Shown here: positions 1 to 14,085 of the stretch, one piece after another
How the letters are laid out: each line of letters starts with the position of its first letter
How positions within the stretch are numbered: the first letter of the stretch is position 1
Assembly: GCF_009914755.1 (NCBI RefSeq)
Contig: NC_060925.1
Length of the DNA stretch: 64,000 nt
DNA from: the human T2T-CHM13v2.0 reference genome, Homo sapiens
Strand: one strand, 5' to 3'
Made by a program: the position numbers and the translations under genes
Notes under the pieces: generated by a model
Told to the model about the DNA's origin: nothing
The model's input: the letters and a program-made list of their open reading frames with translations, nothing else
Database searches by the model: none

Positions 1-109
1 TTGGAAAAAAAGAATGATACATTCTTAGTGGAATCCCTTTAATTACCACTTTTAAAGGCTAAATTCTCATTCCATAGTGTAAGTTTAGTCATTCTTTAAT
101 AAGGCCTGA

Positions 110-465
<356 letters not shown>

Positions 466-802
466 TAGGTAGACTCCACACTGTGTAGATGGGACTTAAT
501 AGTTATAGTGGTGTACAGAAGTGCATCTGGTAAAGAGCACACCTTACAAAGTGCTGTCTGGAAATGCAAATTGTATAAGCATAGTGGTTGACTGTAAAAG
601 ACCTCCACTTAGGCAAACATACTATTGTAGATTTAAATTACAGTTTGGTCTCAACACTTCTATGAACTCTTGAGCATGTTTTCCAGTCTGATTTGGTTCC
701 TTTAGTCTCTGTAAAAGGAAGAAGTGCACATGCTATTATGAGTCTCACTGCTCTGTAATCATTAATTCTTCTTTTTTTTTTTTTTTTTAACATGGTACTT
801 AG

Positions 803-882
803 GCACATAAAGTTAACAGCCTATTGGATGCATACTCAGGCCTGTTAAGTAATGAATCCATGATCCTGGCTGTGAACTCCAG
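803..882 (+). CDS. MROH9: MROH9 coding exon (AHKVNSLLDAYSGLLSNESMILAVNS+AG), 80 nt, phase 0-2
   Basis: Poly-T tract then ttag|GCA; donor CAG|gtatga; joins the next exon in frame. Confidence 0.88.
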
Positions 883-1435
883 GTATGATAAGCTATCATG
901 CTCTTTTATTTCACTAATTGGATGCATTTAAAATGTTATATCTTTAAAAACATGCAATTGTGAAAGATAAGAAATTACTCCAAACTTCACCATCATAATT
1001 TGGTGACTACTATTTCTTTCTTATACTCTTTCCCAGTCTTTTTGTATTGCGTAGACAAGCAGATAATCTTTCTAGCTGCTGAGGCAAGCTTCATTTGCCA
1101 TCAGTTTGAAGATGCATCTCAATGTAAGAAATACTAAGATGTGAAAAACATATTATCATTGATTACAGAAAATGGGTCAGTAATATATCTCAACTGTTTA
1201 AAGCTTAGCATGGCTTTGTGGACTTGGCTGGGAATGTAACCACTCTTTGCATTATTATGTTTATGGAGAAATATATTCTGATTTCTACATAACTGTTTAT
1301 AGATAATATTTGCAAAGAAATTAATTCCTTTATTTTTACAACATTATTATCATTTTTAAGAGAATATTTAAGACTCATCTGTCATACAAAGCCAAAAGCT
1401 GAACCTCATTTTTGCTTATCACTAAGAAATGGCTG

Positions 1436-1770
<335 letters not shown>

Positions 1771-1803
1771 TCATCATTAATAATTGCTCCTTTTTCTTGT
1801 CAG

Positions 1804-1939
1804 CTTTGTGGATCCCTTACTGCAGTTTGAATCTCAGTTGAAGATAATAGAGTCATCCTTTGGAATGCTAGTTGTCATGCCAAGTCTTGACAAAGTAAAA
1901 GAAATGGGGAGCAGTTATGAGTACATTGAGGACATGGAG
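1804..1939 (+). CDS. MROH9: MROH9 coding exon (FVDPLLQFESQLK...YEYIEDME), 136 nt, phase 2-0
   Basis: tttttcttgtcag|C; donor GAG|gtaaaa; open frame. Confidence 0.9.
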
Positions 1940-2890
1940 GTAAAATTTTTCTTCCTTTAATCATTATAGGATGTTATTACACATCACAGCAATCCTGCAG
2001 AATGTGACTCAGCAGGTGATAATCTTTAGGGTCCTCCTCTTCACTCTTTTTAGTTATAACAGTCAGGGCACTAATCTATACCACTGGACTCCTTGTGAGT
2101 TCTACAACCCATGGGATTTTAATGGATTCTATAGGATTTGTAGGAGCAAATAGGCGAAGATATTTTTGGTTAATTGGTTTAGCAAGAATAGGGAGTTTGC
2201 TGGCAAGTGCTTCAAAGAATGGAATAGGAACATGGAAAGATGGAAGTAGAAAGAATCCTATAGTAAAATTAGCAAACATCTGCGGTCTCCATTTCTTCAG
2301 CATTGCTATACAGTGAACTTGCTCTATAAGCTAGAGAAGAAATTCATGGCATATGATATAAAGTGAGGTCTCAGCATAGCCACCTCTCTCCTTTCTTCAG
2401 TTTGTGGAGAGAACGTACAACACTCAGATGCAAAACTATCAGGCTAATTGTTTCTTTTTATAAGAGCTTCTATACACATCTCAGAGAATTTCAGCCTCGT
2501 CTGCAATTGATGCAAGGTGACTTTAATGTAGAAACTTTCTCAGCTATGTTCCTGTATCCCTAACACAGATTTGTAGGCTGCTATTTTTTTACAAATGTGC
2601 CATTATTTTCCAACTGGACTTCTTCCAAATATTCCTGAGTGGCTACCTGAGGATACCCAGAGATACTTTTACTTTTTACTGGTGAAGACCACTCTGGTAG
2701 TTGGGAGAAGAAAAATAACTTCTGAGTTAAATAAAAGTCTTCTTCCAATACTAGAAAGAAAGAAAAAAATGTGTTGTTATATAGCATTTCATCATCCAAA
2801 TGCCCCATGTTTATTAATGTTACATATATTTTATATATCAGCTACTCACACATGGAAATTTCCAATACCCACATAGCATACAATTTCTAG

Positions 2891-3298
<408 letters not shown>

Positions 3299-4231
3299 TA
3301 ACTTGTAGGTGTCAGCTAAAATAAGAACCAAGTCATGTCATGCTTGAGTCTTCTCCAACCTATTTCAAATCACAAAGGCATAAAAGTCTATTTTTTTTAC
3401 ATAGATAGTAGTAAGTAGCAGCACTTAAAATAGCAATTACTGTCTACTTCCATCACAACTATTCAGGTGGATATTCACAAATTATTCCTTTCAATGAACT
3501 TAAAGCAACAGTTAGAATAAAATATATTCATGTTATTACATTCTAAAAGACAGTGGAAAATTGAAAAGTATACGTACAAGAGTATCCCAAAACAAACACT
3601 AAAAAGATAATCTATAAACAGCTAAGGCAAGAGAAAATTTAAAATTTTAGAGGTGAGAATTTTTCTAAATGTTCACCATTAGAATAGGAAATAAAACTTT
3701 TTATAAATACAGGGACAAAACTATTAGCCAGGGCTATGTTCTTTTTGAAAATGAACTCAAAATCACACATCCAGTGAAAATAAATCCAACATATTGAATT
3801 CTCAAGCAAAATCACATTTAAGCACAAAGAATATTGAGGAAATGCAGCATTCATAAACATGGAAAATCAAGTTTTTATAAAATTAAATTTATAGCTTTTC
3901 CTCCTATAAACATGGTAGATGCTTATTACAGAAAATTTAAATATTATAGAAAGTCACTAAAAATATTCATTCTACTTCTCAAAGAGAATTACATTTTTAT
4001 GTTTTCATTTGTCTTTTTCTTTGTATATTTTTTAATATCTGAGATAATGCTAAAATTCTTTAAATATGTGTGGCATTTTACAATTTGATGTTAAGTATTT
4101 TCTGTGTCACTGATTTATGTTCAAGGAATTGAAACCCAGTTAAAAGTAACTTTTAAGCAAGAAAAAAACTGTAGACATTAGGTAAAATTTTATCTAAGTC
4201 TGGCTGACTGTGCAATGTTTTTGTGTTTCAG

Positions 4232-4318
4232 AATTTATACCACAATATTTTAAATATATATGAGAACATTCTTACGAGCTTGGTGTCTAAAGACCTCTAC
4301 AAACTACAGATCTTAAAG
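4232..4318 (+). CDS. MROH9: MROH9 coding exon (NLYHNILNIYENILTSLVSKDLYKLQILK), 87 nt, phase 0-0
   Basis: ttgtgtttcag|AAT; donor AAG|gtaaag. Confidence 0.9.
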
Positions 4319-5102
4319 GTAAAGAGGAAATAAGTAGTTTAATTTTCTTGTCATAAGTCTAGTATGCTCACTATGCTTCACTTTCTTCTCATTTGCTATA
4401 TTTGCATCTCCTTCAAGTATTTGATGACTGAAAGTTTTTCTTTACCACAGAAGAGTGAAATGTAGTCACTTCCCTTTATTTGAATTACAGGGGCACACTT
4501 TTAGGAATTTAATTTGGGAAGGACAGCATCAACAGGTACTTGAGAAACCAGGTCTCATGTGGTGATATATGGGTGAACACAGTTTGAAGTAGCAGAGAAT
4601 AGTATTAGAGAGCAGTGTTAGCCTAAACTACCCTCAAGTTCACATAGCAATGAAACCATGCTGTGTATGTCTGTGTTCATGCTTCTTCCTCATCAACTCA
4701 GGTGCTAAAGAAAATGCTGAGCATTCTATCTTCATGGGTACTACTGTACCTAAAGAAGGCCTAACAACAATTCAAAACCCTATTTTTCACAACTGAGACC
4801 TCACTTCATTTTTTAATGTCCCAACCAGAGACAGAAGACTGCACTGCATGTCTTGTGGTCTTCAACTTTGCATTCCTAACATGTTGGCATCAGAGGCCAA
4901 CTGTCCAGAAGTACTGGAAAAATAGATGGATTTATCCTACCAGGAGCATCTATGAGCTGTATAAATCATAAATACATACAAGTAAAGAAGCAGTATTGGT
5001 ATTTATGAATACAAAAAGGAATTTGAATGAAAATAAAAATGTATTAAGCTAATTTGTGCCTAATTTGAGCTGTTTTTTTTAATTCATTTAAAAAATGTTA
5101 TC

Positions 5103-6302
5103 CACTAGCTAGCCATATGCAGAAGATTGATATTGGACCCCTTCCTTACACCATATACAAAAATTAACTGAAGATGGATTAAAGACTTAAATGTAAACCC
5201 CAAAACTATAAAAATCCTAGAAGACAACTTATGCAATACCATTCTGGACATAGGAACAGGCAAAAATTTCGTGAAAAAGACACCAAAAGCAGTTGCAAAT
5301 GGGACCAAAAGCAAAAATTGACAAATGGGATCTAATTAAACTGAAGAGCTTCTGCCCAGCGAAAGAAACTATCAACAGAGTAAACAGACAACCTACAGAT
5401 TGGGAGAAAATTTTTGCAAACTATCCATCTGACAAAGGTCTAATATCCAGCATCTATAAGGAACTTAAGTTTACAAGAAAAAAAAAAACTCCATTACAAA
5501 GTGGGCAAAGGACATGAACAGACACTTTTCAAAAGAAGACATACATGTGGCCAACAAGAATATGAAAAAAAGCTCAACCTCATTGATGATTAAAGAAATG
5601 CAAATCAAAACCACAATGAGATACCAACTACCACCAGTCAGAATGACTATTCTTAAAAAGTCAAAAAACAACAGATGCTGGCAGGGTTGTGGAGAAAAAT
5701 AAATGTTTATACACTGTTGGTGGGAGTGTAAATTAGTACAACCATTGTACAAAACAGCATGGTGATTCCTCGAAGACCTAAAAACAGAAATACCATTTGA
5801 CCCAGCAATTCGATTACTGGATATAATATATCCAGAGGAATATAAATTGTTCTGTCATAAAGACAAATGCACACATATACTTGTTGCAGCACTATTCATA
5901 ATAGCAAAGACATGGAATCAACCTAAATAACCACCTGTGGTAGACTGGATAAAGAAACTGTAGTACACATACACCATGGGATACTATGCAGCCATACAAA
6001 AGAATAAGATTATGTACTTTGCAGGAATTTGGATGGAGCTGGAAGCCATTAGCCTTAACAAACTAACACAGAAACAGAAAACCAAATACTGCATGTTCTC
6101 ACTTATTAGTGAGAGCTAAGTGATGAGAAAACATGAACACATATTGGGGAACAAGAGATACTGGGGCCTGACAAAGGGTGGAGGTTGGGAAGAGAGAGAG
6201 AATAAGGAAAAATAATTAATGGGTACTAGGCTTAATATCACAAGTTTATCTATATAAAAACCTGCACATGTACCTCTGAACTTAAAATAAAAGTTAAAAA
6301 AA
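5103..6302 (+). mobile_element. 5'-truncated L1 (old L1PA/L1PB-type 3' end)
   Basis: ORF2 C-terminal fragments ([24 protein letters not shown]), 3' UTR and A-rich tail. Confidence 0.93.
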
Positions 6303-6399
6303 GTTGTTATCCTCACAACCCTTCACCGTGATTATGAATCCTCCCCTTCCCTGCCCATGCATGCTCTTTTATTCACTCCATGACACTATCAATAGCTTC

Positions 6400-6620
6400 C
6401 ATTTATTGAGTTAAGCATTGACTCCATGTCAGGCACTAAATTGAATATGTGGGTTATCTCATACAATCCTTAACATAATTCCATGAGGAGGTTACTATTA
6501 ATTCTTCCATTTCACAGATTTAAAAAAAATGAAAACGGAGAAAGGAGCAATAATATATATAATGCTAATGTGTGGAGGAGCCCCTCTAGCTTGGAAGCCT
6601 GTTACTTAACCACTTTGTTC
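6400..6620. mobile_element. MIR remnant
   Basis: atttattgag...ctcatacaatcct...ccatttcacagat MIR core-like motifs. Confidence 0.6.
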
Positions 6621-7492
6621 TTATACCTACCATGCCTAAAAGCTTCCCTGCTTCTCAAAAAGGGCTGAAACCTCACTCCTGAAAAGGACAAGGCAGAGAG
6701 GCTGACCCCTCTGAGATTTAGAAACTCTTTCACCTTAGGAAATAGACTTCAAACATTTTTCACAATGGGAGCAAGAAAAGGTGAAGAGGTTTGGCCAACC
6801 ATTGACATAAATATAGTAGACCCTGACAGATTGCCTTAAAGAAGGCTATTAATGGCGATTGGCATATGAGGCATATGCAGTATTCTTCCCTTTTCAAGGT
6901 TGTAAATGTGTCCTTGCCTCTGAGGATTAAGAACAGCTAGAAGGTGCAGCTAAGACAGATTTGAAAAAAAATTTGCAAGAACTTTCTAACCAACCTGCCT
7001 CCGGTAATGTACTCTCTAACCATAAGCCAGAATATTTGAGTGGTGAATTGGCAGAGGAATTCTGGAATAAGATGATATTGCAGGATCAGACAAGATTTTA
7101 AATCTCTTTAAAGCTGAAAGGCAGATTGTCATTTAAAAATAAAAGGGAGAATACATACTTTGAAAGAAAAAGAGGAGGCAAAGCAGCTGGTAATCATGTC
7201 ATAGCTTCGTACTGAACTATTCATGGTGCCTAACAAAGTGACTATTATAGTGGATATTAGTAAATACTTTTTGAATATAATAAAATAAAATAAAACCCAG
7301 ATACAGTTTCCATAGTAGATGAAGTAGTATACTAGATGCTTATTGTCTGTGTTTTTGAGATAAATGTAGGTTAAGTGTGAAATAACCAGGAGAATGTAGG
7401 AAGGCCTGATTTGGTGAAGTTGAAGAATAGAGGAAAGGTTCTTGGAAAATGGAAATTTCATGGTTCTAGGATGACTTTTATGTTTCCAACAG

Positions 7493-7597
7493 GAAATGCT
7501 CGTGTGGATGAGTAAAGATAGCTCATATCTGCAAGAGAGAATAATGGTGATCATCAACAAGGTGTTAAGATTTACAGTCACAAAAGTCAGAAAATAC
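7493..7597 (+). CDS. MROH9: MROH9 coding exon (EMLVWMSKDSSYLQERIMVIINKVLRFTVTKVRKY), 105 nt, phase 0-0
   Basis: tgtttccaacag|GAA; donor TAC|gtaagt. Confidence 0.9.
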
Positions 7598-9565
7598 GTA
7601 AGTCACAGAATATAACAATGCCACCTGATTCTGAAGACTGCATTTCCATAGTGCTGCTTTCCATGTCTTGGGTCCTAACAGTACTTGACAGGTCCTTGGT
7701 ATTATTGTACTGGTAGGTTGGTTGGGATATCAGAAAAGGAGTCAATATCCCACATGACTTTTTGTCAATCAGAACAGAGTTTCTCAAACAATTGGTTAAG
7801 ACGCATCATGCTTTATGCAAAGAGCATGAGGGTGTTAAAACCAGATTCTTGCTGACTCTGAAATTTCCTCTGTAGACCACAATTTGTAATCTTTAAAATC
7901 CTTCCAACCTTACCTTTCTTCTTATGTATTACTTCCTAAAATAATTTGAAAGCTGTTATTTATTTTAAATTTATACAAGTAATCCTCAAGTTCTTTCATT
8001 GTGAAACATGCTAGAGGTAGAGCATAAATCTCCCTTTACTATCCTCTCCACACCAACCCTGTCCTTAGCCATGTCAGCATGATGTGTGTCCTAACAAACC
8101 ACTTTCAATGTGCACACCCACATATAAAACACATACTGAAATACATAGCTTTATTATTTATTGTTTCTTTACTAAAGTTATATTCACATATGGTTCTACA
8201 ATTTGCTTTTTTTCACTGAAACAATACATCCTATAGACATTTTCATGTCAACATATGTAGATTCATTTTATTATTTTAAATACAGTATATAGCCCATAGT
8301 TTTGACATATTATGATCCATTTAGCTATTTTTCAGTTGATGGACATTAAAGTATCATTTAATTTTTTTCTGCTTCAAACAATACAAAACAGGCATCTTTG
8401 TGCAAGTACATGAGTGTGTACCTGGAAAGGCTTAGAAAGATAATGGTCAGATAAAGAAGTATGATAGGTTAAAGTTTAGTAACACAAAATTGTCCACCAA
8501 TTTGCATTCATGTAAATATTAAGGTGCCCATTTCCCCACACCTTCACAAATACTGGGATACAATCAGACTTTTTAATTTTTGCATTTCGGATGGAGAACA
8601 AATAGGTATGTCATAATCACCAGTATTTACTGAGTTTGTCTATACTTTGAATGACATCATGGCCTGCCTTCTCAAAAACCTTATACTACCTATGAACATT
8701 TCCCTTTTGTGGATACTGTATATTCAGCCTCTGTTTCCCAACTCATCCTTCACAGCGATTTGTAAACATACTCTGCTAATTACTTATCTGATTGCTGGAG
8801 TCACTTCAGGAGGAGATAAAAGTAAAGAGGGTGAGAAACATGCATTCATGATGTTATCTTTATCCATTTTCTACTGCTTGTACAAGCAGTCCCCAGATTT
8901 ATTGAGATGAAGAATCTAGATCAGCTTTGTAATACCTCTGAATTTTTACTATTTTGTTTAAACTCAGCTTTGGAACATAATACAATTTACTTAGATGGGG
9001 GACACAGTCCAGAGTGTTCTTTGTATCATGCTAATTCCCTATTTCAGTGTCCCAAAAAAGAGAGTGAGCGGCTTATTTCAATCTTCTGATTCTCTGACCT
9101 GGGAAGGCAGCCTTTCTCTAACTTCTAAAATAGCTCGAGTTATACATTTGGTGTCCAGAAGGTTCACCATTGAAAATTTTGCAAGTGAGGCTTGAAATTA
9201 AGTGTATCTCACCACTCAAAACTGTTTTCTGCACAGCTCCTAAAATGTGTTATATATTCAGCAAGTATTTGATGACAATTGTTTGACTAGAGCCTAGTCA
9301 CATGTTTCTCTCTGCATTTGATATATTCTAGTGAGTTCCACTCAAGTAGCAGATAGGCATTTTGGAGTTTCATCTTCTATCACTTCTTTCCATTACTGTA
9401 GTAGAGTTCATTCTCCTTTGCATACATCCCATCCTTCAACTGCAAAGGAATAAATATGTAAATTCACATGTGTAGCAGAAGGTTCTCATAAATTGTTAGT
9501 TGAGAGTTCCTAGCTATAACTCAGATTTGTTCGAGAAACCCAACGGAATAACCTATTACTCGGTT

Positions 9566-9600
9566 CTGCAATGTTCACTAAGTGCCACCAGGTGGAAGTA
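9566..9600 (+). promoter_or_regulatory. Candidate CTCF site with upstream motif
   Basis: ctgcaat-N12-CCACCAGGTGGaAG. Motif evidence only. Confidence 0.4.
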
Positions 9601-10943
9601 CTTCAGTATTTTCCAGAACATTGAAACTAGAGCTAGAATCAACCAGCTCATCACAATCAGGGAAGCATAAAACTTCAGTAAGTTCGCTTTCTCTTTAAAA
9701 TAATGTCTTGTAAAGATGATTAAGCCTGTGAAATTAATTGGGGAGGCAAATATACAAAACAAAAAAATCAAAACACACTGTTGACAAATTAAAATCTGAG
9801 ATTCCCACAGCCCTAGTCTGTGTATCTCTGTATCTGACACATTGTATATCATCAACGAATATTTGTTCTACCCTTCTCTAAGTGCATCCACCTCATTTGT
9901 TATCTGGTACTGTTCCTACACTGGATAGACTTTTTTCTCCATAATAACCCTAGCCTAGGTCCTCCAGAGTGTCAGAGATTCTTGTCCTATTGAACAATTC
10001 TATCATTTTTATCTTGTCATAAACATTTTTAAAGTGATGATTTGTCTCACATGACTCATGTGCCCATCAGGGTAGAGAAACTCCTGCACTCAAAGCACAT
10101 GTTCCTTCAATTAAATGGTTCAACTTTCAACAGGCAAAGAAATGTAAGTTAAGCATGTCAACTTATAGCATTAAGATTTTTTTCCTAGCTTTGTTCCTTT
10201 GGCACATCAGCATTTAAAAATGGATGGTGGGTTTCCAGCTAAATCTAACAAATTGCCCATGTGTATATATCTCCTTCTCCTCCAGAGTCCCCACAAAATG
10301 ATGGTAATAAAATATTTTAAAAGTATAAATACACAGCAACAAAAAGAATTAATGAAGTGTTTTCAATGGGCTAGTGATGCCAACAAATTTCTGGAAGACA
10401 GATTAGGTAGAAGATAAAACCTGGCAGGGGAATTGAATGGTGGGAACCCATGAGCATTAGGGTAGGAGTTAGCTGAAAGAAAAGTAGTGTGCCCTGTAGA
10501 ACCCTAGAGAGTGAGTTATGAAAGGCCAAATAATGATAAGGGCTGGGAGTCAAAGGCAGGCTGGAAACACATGCATTAATTCAAAGGATTAATTGAAAAC
10601 ATGTACAGAAGAACCTACATTGTCCCGCATTCCTCTTGACACACATTGGCAGACAGAAGTTGAGAATTTTTCTTTTGCAAAAACCATTGTTAAGCTCCCT
10701 GAGAAAAGAGTCTTGCATTCTGTCTAGCTATACTACAGCATGACCCCAGCCTCCCTCCCAGTTGCTCTAAAACAAAGTACAACAGGTGGCAAGCCTTGCT
10801 CACACACAAAACCCCATCAAGAGGCATTACATCCTTAAATTTTAAGCAGCAACCACACTTTGTGAAATTTGGGGAAACTCTCCAAATAAAAGAGACCAAC
10901 AAGGGTAAATAAAGAAAAAATTACTATTAAAGATAGAGAGACA

Positions 10944-11130
10944 GCTGGGCTTTGTGGCTCATGCCTATAATCCCAGTGCTTTGAGAGCCTGAGGTGGGAG
11001 GACCTCTTGAGCCCAGGAGTTCTAGGCTGCAGTGAGCTATGATCACACCACTGCAGTCCAGCCTGGGTGACAGAGTGAGACCCCATCTCCAAAAAAAGTA
11101 AAAATAAAAATAATTTTAAAAATAAAATAA
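10944..11130 (+). mobile_element. Alu monomer (FRAM/FAM-like) inside old L1M sequence
   Basis: About 150-bp single Alu arm with an A-rich tail. Confidence 0.8.
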
Positions 11131-11349
11131 AGAGATAATGCAGGGTACAGATGCGAAAGACATAGGTACATACTAAAAGGAAATATAACTAAAGTGAGCA
11201 TGGCCTATACATTGAATAATTTTATCTAGTCATGGTGAGACCATATTATTGATTTTCAACTTTTAGAATTAATCTATAAACCCAGCACAGGAAAACTTAA
11301 ATAAGTTACTGAATACAATGTAAATGCTATGAGCTCAAAAGTGCAAAAA

Positions 11350-11700
11350 TTAAAGTGCAGAGAATAGTTTAGTGGTTCTCCAACAAGTTACACATAGAAT
11401 TGCTATTTGACACAGAAATCTTAGGTATATACCTAAAAGAATTTAACAGTTTCTCAAACAAAAACTTGTACAAAGTGTTCATTGCAGCAAAATTCACAGT
11501 AGCTGAAAAGTGCAATCTAAATGTCCATCAACAGATAAATGAACAAATAAAATCTAACACACACATATGGCATATTATCCACTCAAAAAAAGGAATCAAG
11601 TTGTATACATGCTACAACATGCATAAACCTTGGAAACATTATACTAAGTGAAAGAAGCCAGGCACAAAAGGCTACATTTTGTATGATTCTACTTATGTTC
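11350..11700 (+). mobile_element. Old L1M 3' end fragment
   Basis: Degenerate ORF2 end (LGIYLKE, FIAA) and atactaagtgaaagaagccag motif. Confidence 0.75.
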
Positions 11701-12997
11701 CTATTCTGTTATGTTTTATCCTGTTACATTCCTATTCTGTTATTCTGTTCTATGAAACAAGAAATAAAAGTATTAATATATTAGTAAAACACAAAAGTAG
11801 AAGAATTAAAAATAATATACTATGATGAGTAATGTTCTCTATTGAGAGAATTGTGGCGAAGTGGAAGAATGGAATTGAGATAGACAATGTCTCAAACTGA
11901 TGTTAGAAGCAAAGGTGCATTGTTTATAGAAACAGGGGAGACTTCCAGAAGAAGCAGCTGAAAACCATAGAAGTGGTTGCTTCTGGAACCTAGCACTTAA
12001 CACTATCATTACTGTTAAGATAAGGGACTGGAGAGGCCAGATCTACAAAGAAAGGGCACAGTTAAAAGGGCCAGAAAACTAAGCAGGAATACTTAGGTTT
12101 AGGAGTGAATACCGAGAAGCTACTTTTCTCCAGTTTTTAAATATCTGCTTCTTTTTAGTACTTGGGTAGATTTTCTATAAAGGCAGGATATATCATACCG
12201 AAAGCTCTCAAAGTCTCATCTTAGAGGAGGGGTAACTGTGGTTGTCACGCTTCTGAAGGGGCTTGGCAGGATATACATCAGTGTGCTCCACGATCCACGC
12301 TGCCTTACTCCTCTCTCAGCCTACCTTGGGTCATGTCCCACTTCCTAAACATGCCTTTTTAGTTGGTGACAGTAAGTGGATATGCAGTCTAGGCACGACC
12401 ACACATACTCTGCTAGAGACATACACCTAGATAGATCCTAACTGGCAAACAGAACAGAAGGAAACCACTAGGAGCTTCATTTACAAAAACATCTACTAAG
12501 AACTACACATCTAACAAGCTCCTGAGCAGGGATAATCAGAGAGGACATTTGAGGCAAAACCTGTAATATAAGATGACTGTAAGGCCAATCCCCTGTAAGT
12601 GGTGCTCAGCTTCAGTGAGGTAAGCTGTGAGAAGTACTACTCTTCTCTCATACCCAGTAGAGAGAGAAAACTTGATCCTTTTTCTCATGCCCATACACAA
12701 TGATGGTTTTAAGATCTTGCCATCGAGTGGGAAAAAAAAAAAACTTGGAATGCAAACCCAAAGAAAAGGACATTCAGGCAAAGAGAGCATTTCCCCCTAG
12801 GGCCTAGAGCAGAGGCTGTCTGCTCCCAGATTCTCCAAAGCCACAGAGCTCCTATAAGGGGAAGGACCAGGCCACTCTTTGTACGGGTGGAAAAGAATGC
12901 AAGGAGAATATCCATGGAAAAAAAGAGATTTATAATCTCTCTTCTCCTACTGAGATCATCACTCCCCACATCACAATTCAATTATGGCCTTCGCCCA

Positions 12998-13018
12998 TGA
13001 CCTAGATGACCCAGGTCA
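12998..13018. promoter_or_regulatory. Candidate composite nuclear-receptor response element (DR3 plus everted repeats)
   Basis: TGACCT-aga-TGACCC-AGGTCA: three consensus RGGTCA half-sites. Motif evidence only. Confidence 0.45.
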
Positions 13019-13044
13019 CTTCATATTTCTTCCTTAGGAATTTC

Positions 13045-13045
13045 T

Positions 13046-13106
<61 letters not shown>
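13045..13106 (+). repeat. Compound microsatellite (TG)13(AG)18
   Basis: Direct reading. Confidence 0.97.
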
Positions 13107-13112
<6 letters not shown>

Positions 13113-13839
13113 TGGGCAGGGAGTGGTGAGTTAAGCCACATAAAGGGCAGGGAAAATGGGGCATGAAAAAGGTCAACAGAAGCAGAAGCAGGCCTTGGGA
13201 TCCCCCTAGAGTTTACCATCAACAATTGCTCCAATCATCAAAGCCTCTACCTAGGAAAAGTACTCACTTGTCTTGGAGGCAAGAACTATCTGCAAGTCAT
13301 GCTGCTAGTTTGCCAAATCTACATTTAATCAGAGCCCTTCTTTGTCTAAAAAAAGACATGCAAAATTGGTAAAGGCCCTCATACTTTCATAAAAGCAAAT
13401 GCCTTTTCTACCTTTCCTCTTTTCTCTCTCTACTCCCTTCTCTGTTTGGATATTATCTAGCCAGAGAGGTCCATTAAGGTGAAAATCTAAATATTTGATC
13501 AGTCTAAGGGTTGAAGAAGTTGTAGAAAGAAATACAGAAATATTTTGGTAGTAGCTTTGACATCAAAAGCAAATGATCTGCATTTTAAAAAAATGAATTC
13601 CCTTGAGAGGAGTCAGAATAACTTCCAGAGGAAAAGTGGCATGCCTCCTCAGTGACTTGTAGAAACATCTAGTGTTTCGTATGTGAAGAAGGAAGTACTA
13701 AAGGTTTTGGAAATACACAGCCCACCTTACTTTTCTATGTCCTGGGAATTTGCTACCTGCAAGTGACTACCCACTTCATGGCATAGAAACTAACATTAGT
13801 TGAGTCACCATTATGTCCAAGTACTTTCCTAGGAATTTT

Positions 13840-13990
13840 TCTTCTTGTCATCAGTGTTACCCCTTACTCTCCACAATAACTGTTACAAAGTGGAATTTAT
13901 TGTCTTCATTTCACAGATGAGGAAATTGAGAGTCAGTAACGGGGCCAGGATTTGATTACAGATATTGTAAACTCTGAAGCTTATCTTAGA
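13840..13990. mobile_element. MIR remnant
   Basis: catttcacagatgaggaaattgag MIR core. Confidence 0.65.
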
Positions 13991-14085
13991 ATCCTAGTCT
14001 GATTTATAACAGGATCAGATGCATGCAGACATTTTCATATTGGCTATGCATAGCAAATGCATGTTCTCCTTTGTTTCTCCATTAG

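Noticed and set aside
7129-7581. 150-aa minus-strand ORF
   Set aside because: Antisense to a real exon and AT-rich intron; composition is not protein-like and there is no gene structure.
8740-9720. Possible antisense processed pseudogene (patches such as VNLLDTKCITRAILEVRERLPSQVRE)
   Set aside because: Many stops in every frame, no poly-A or TSD, and I cannot recognise a parent protein. A tblastx search would settle it.
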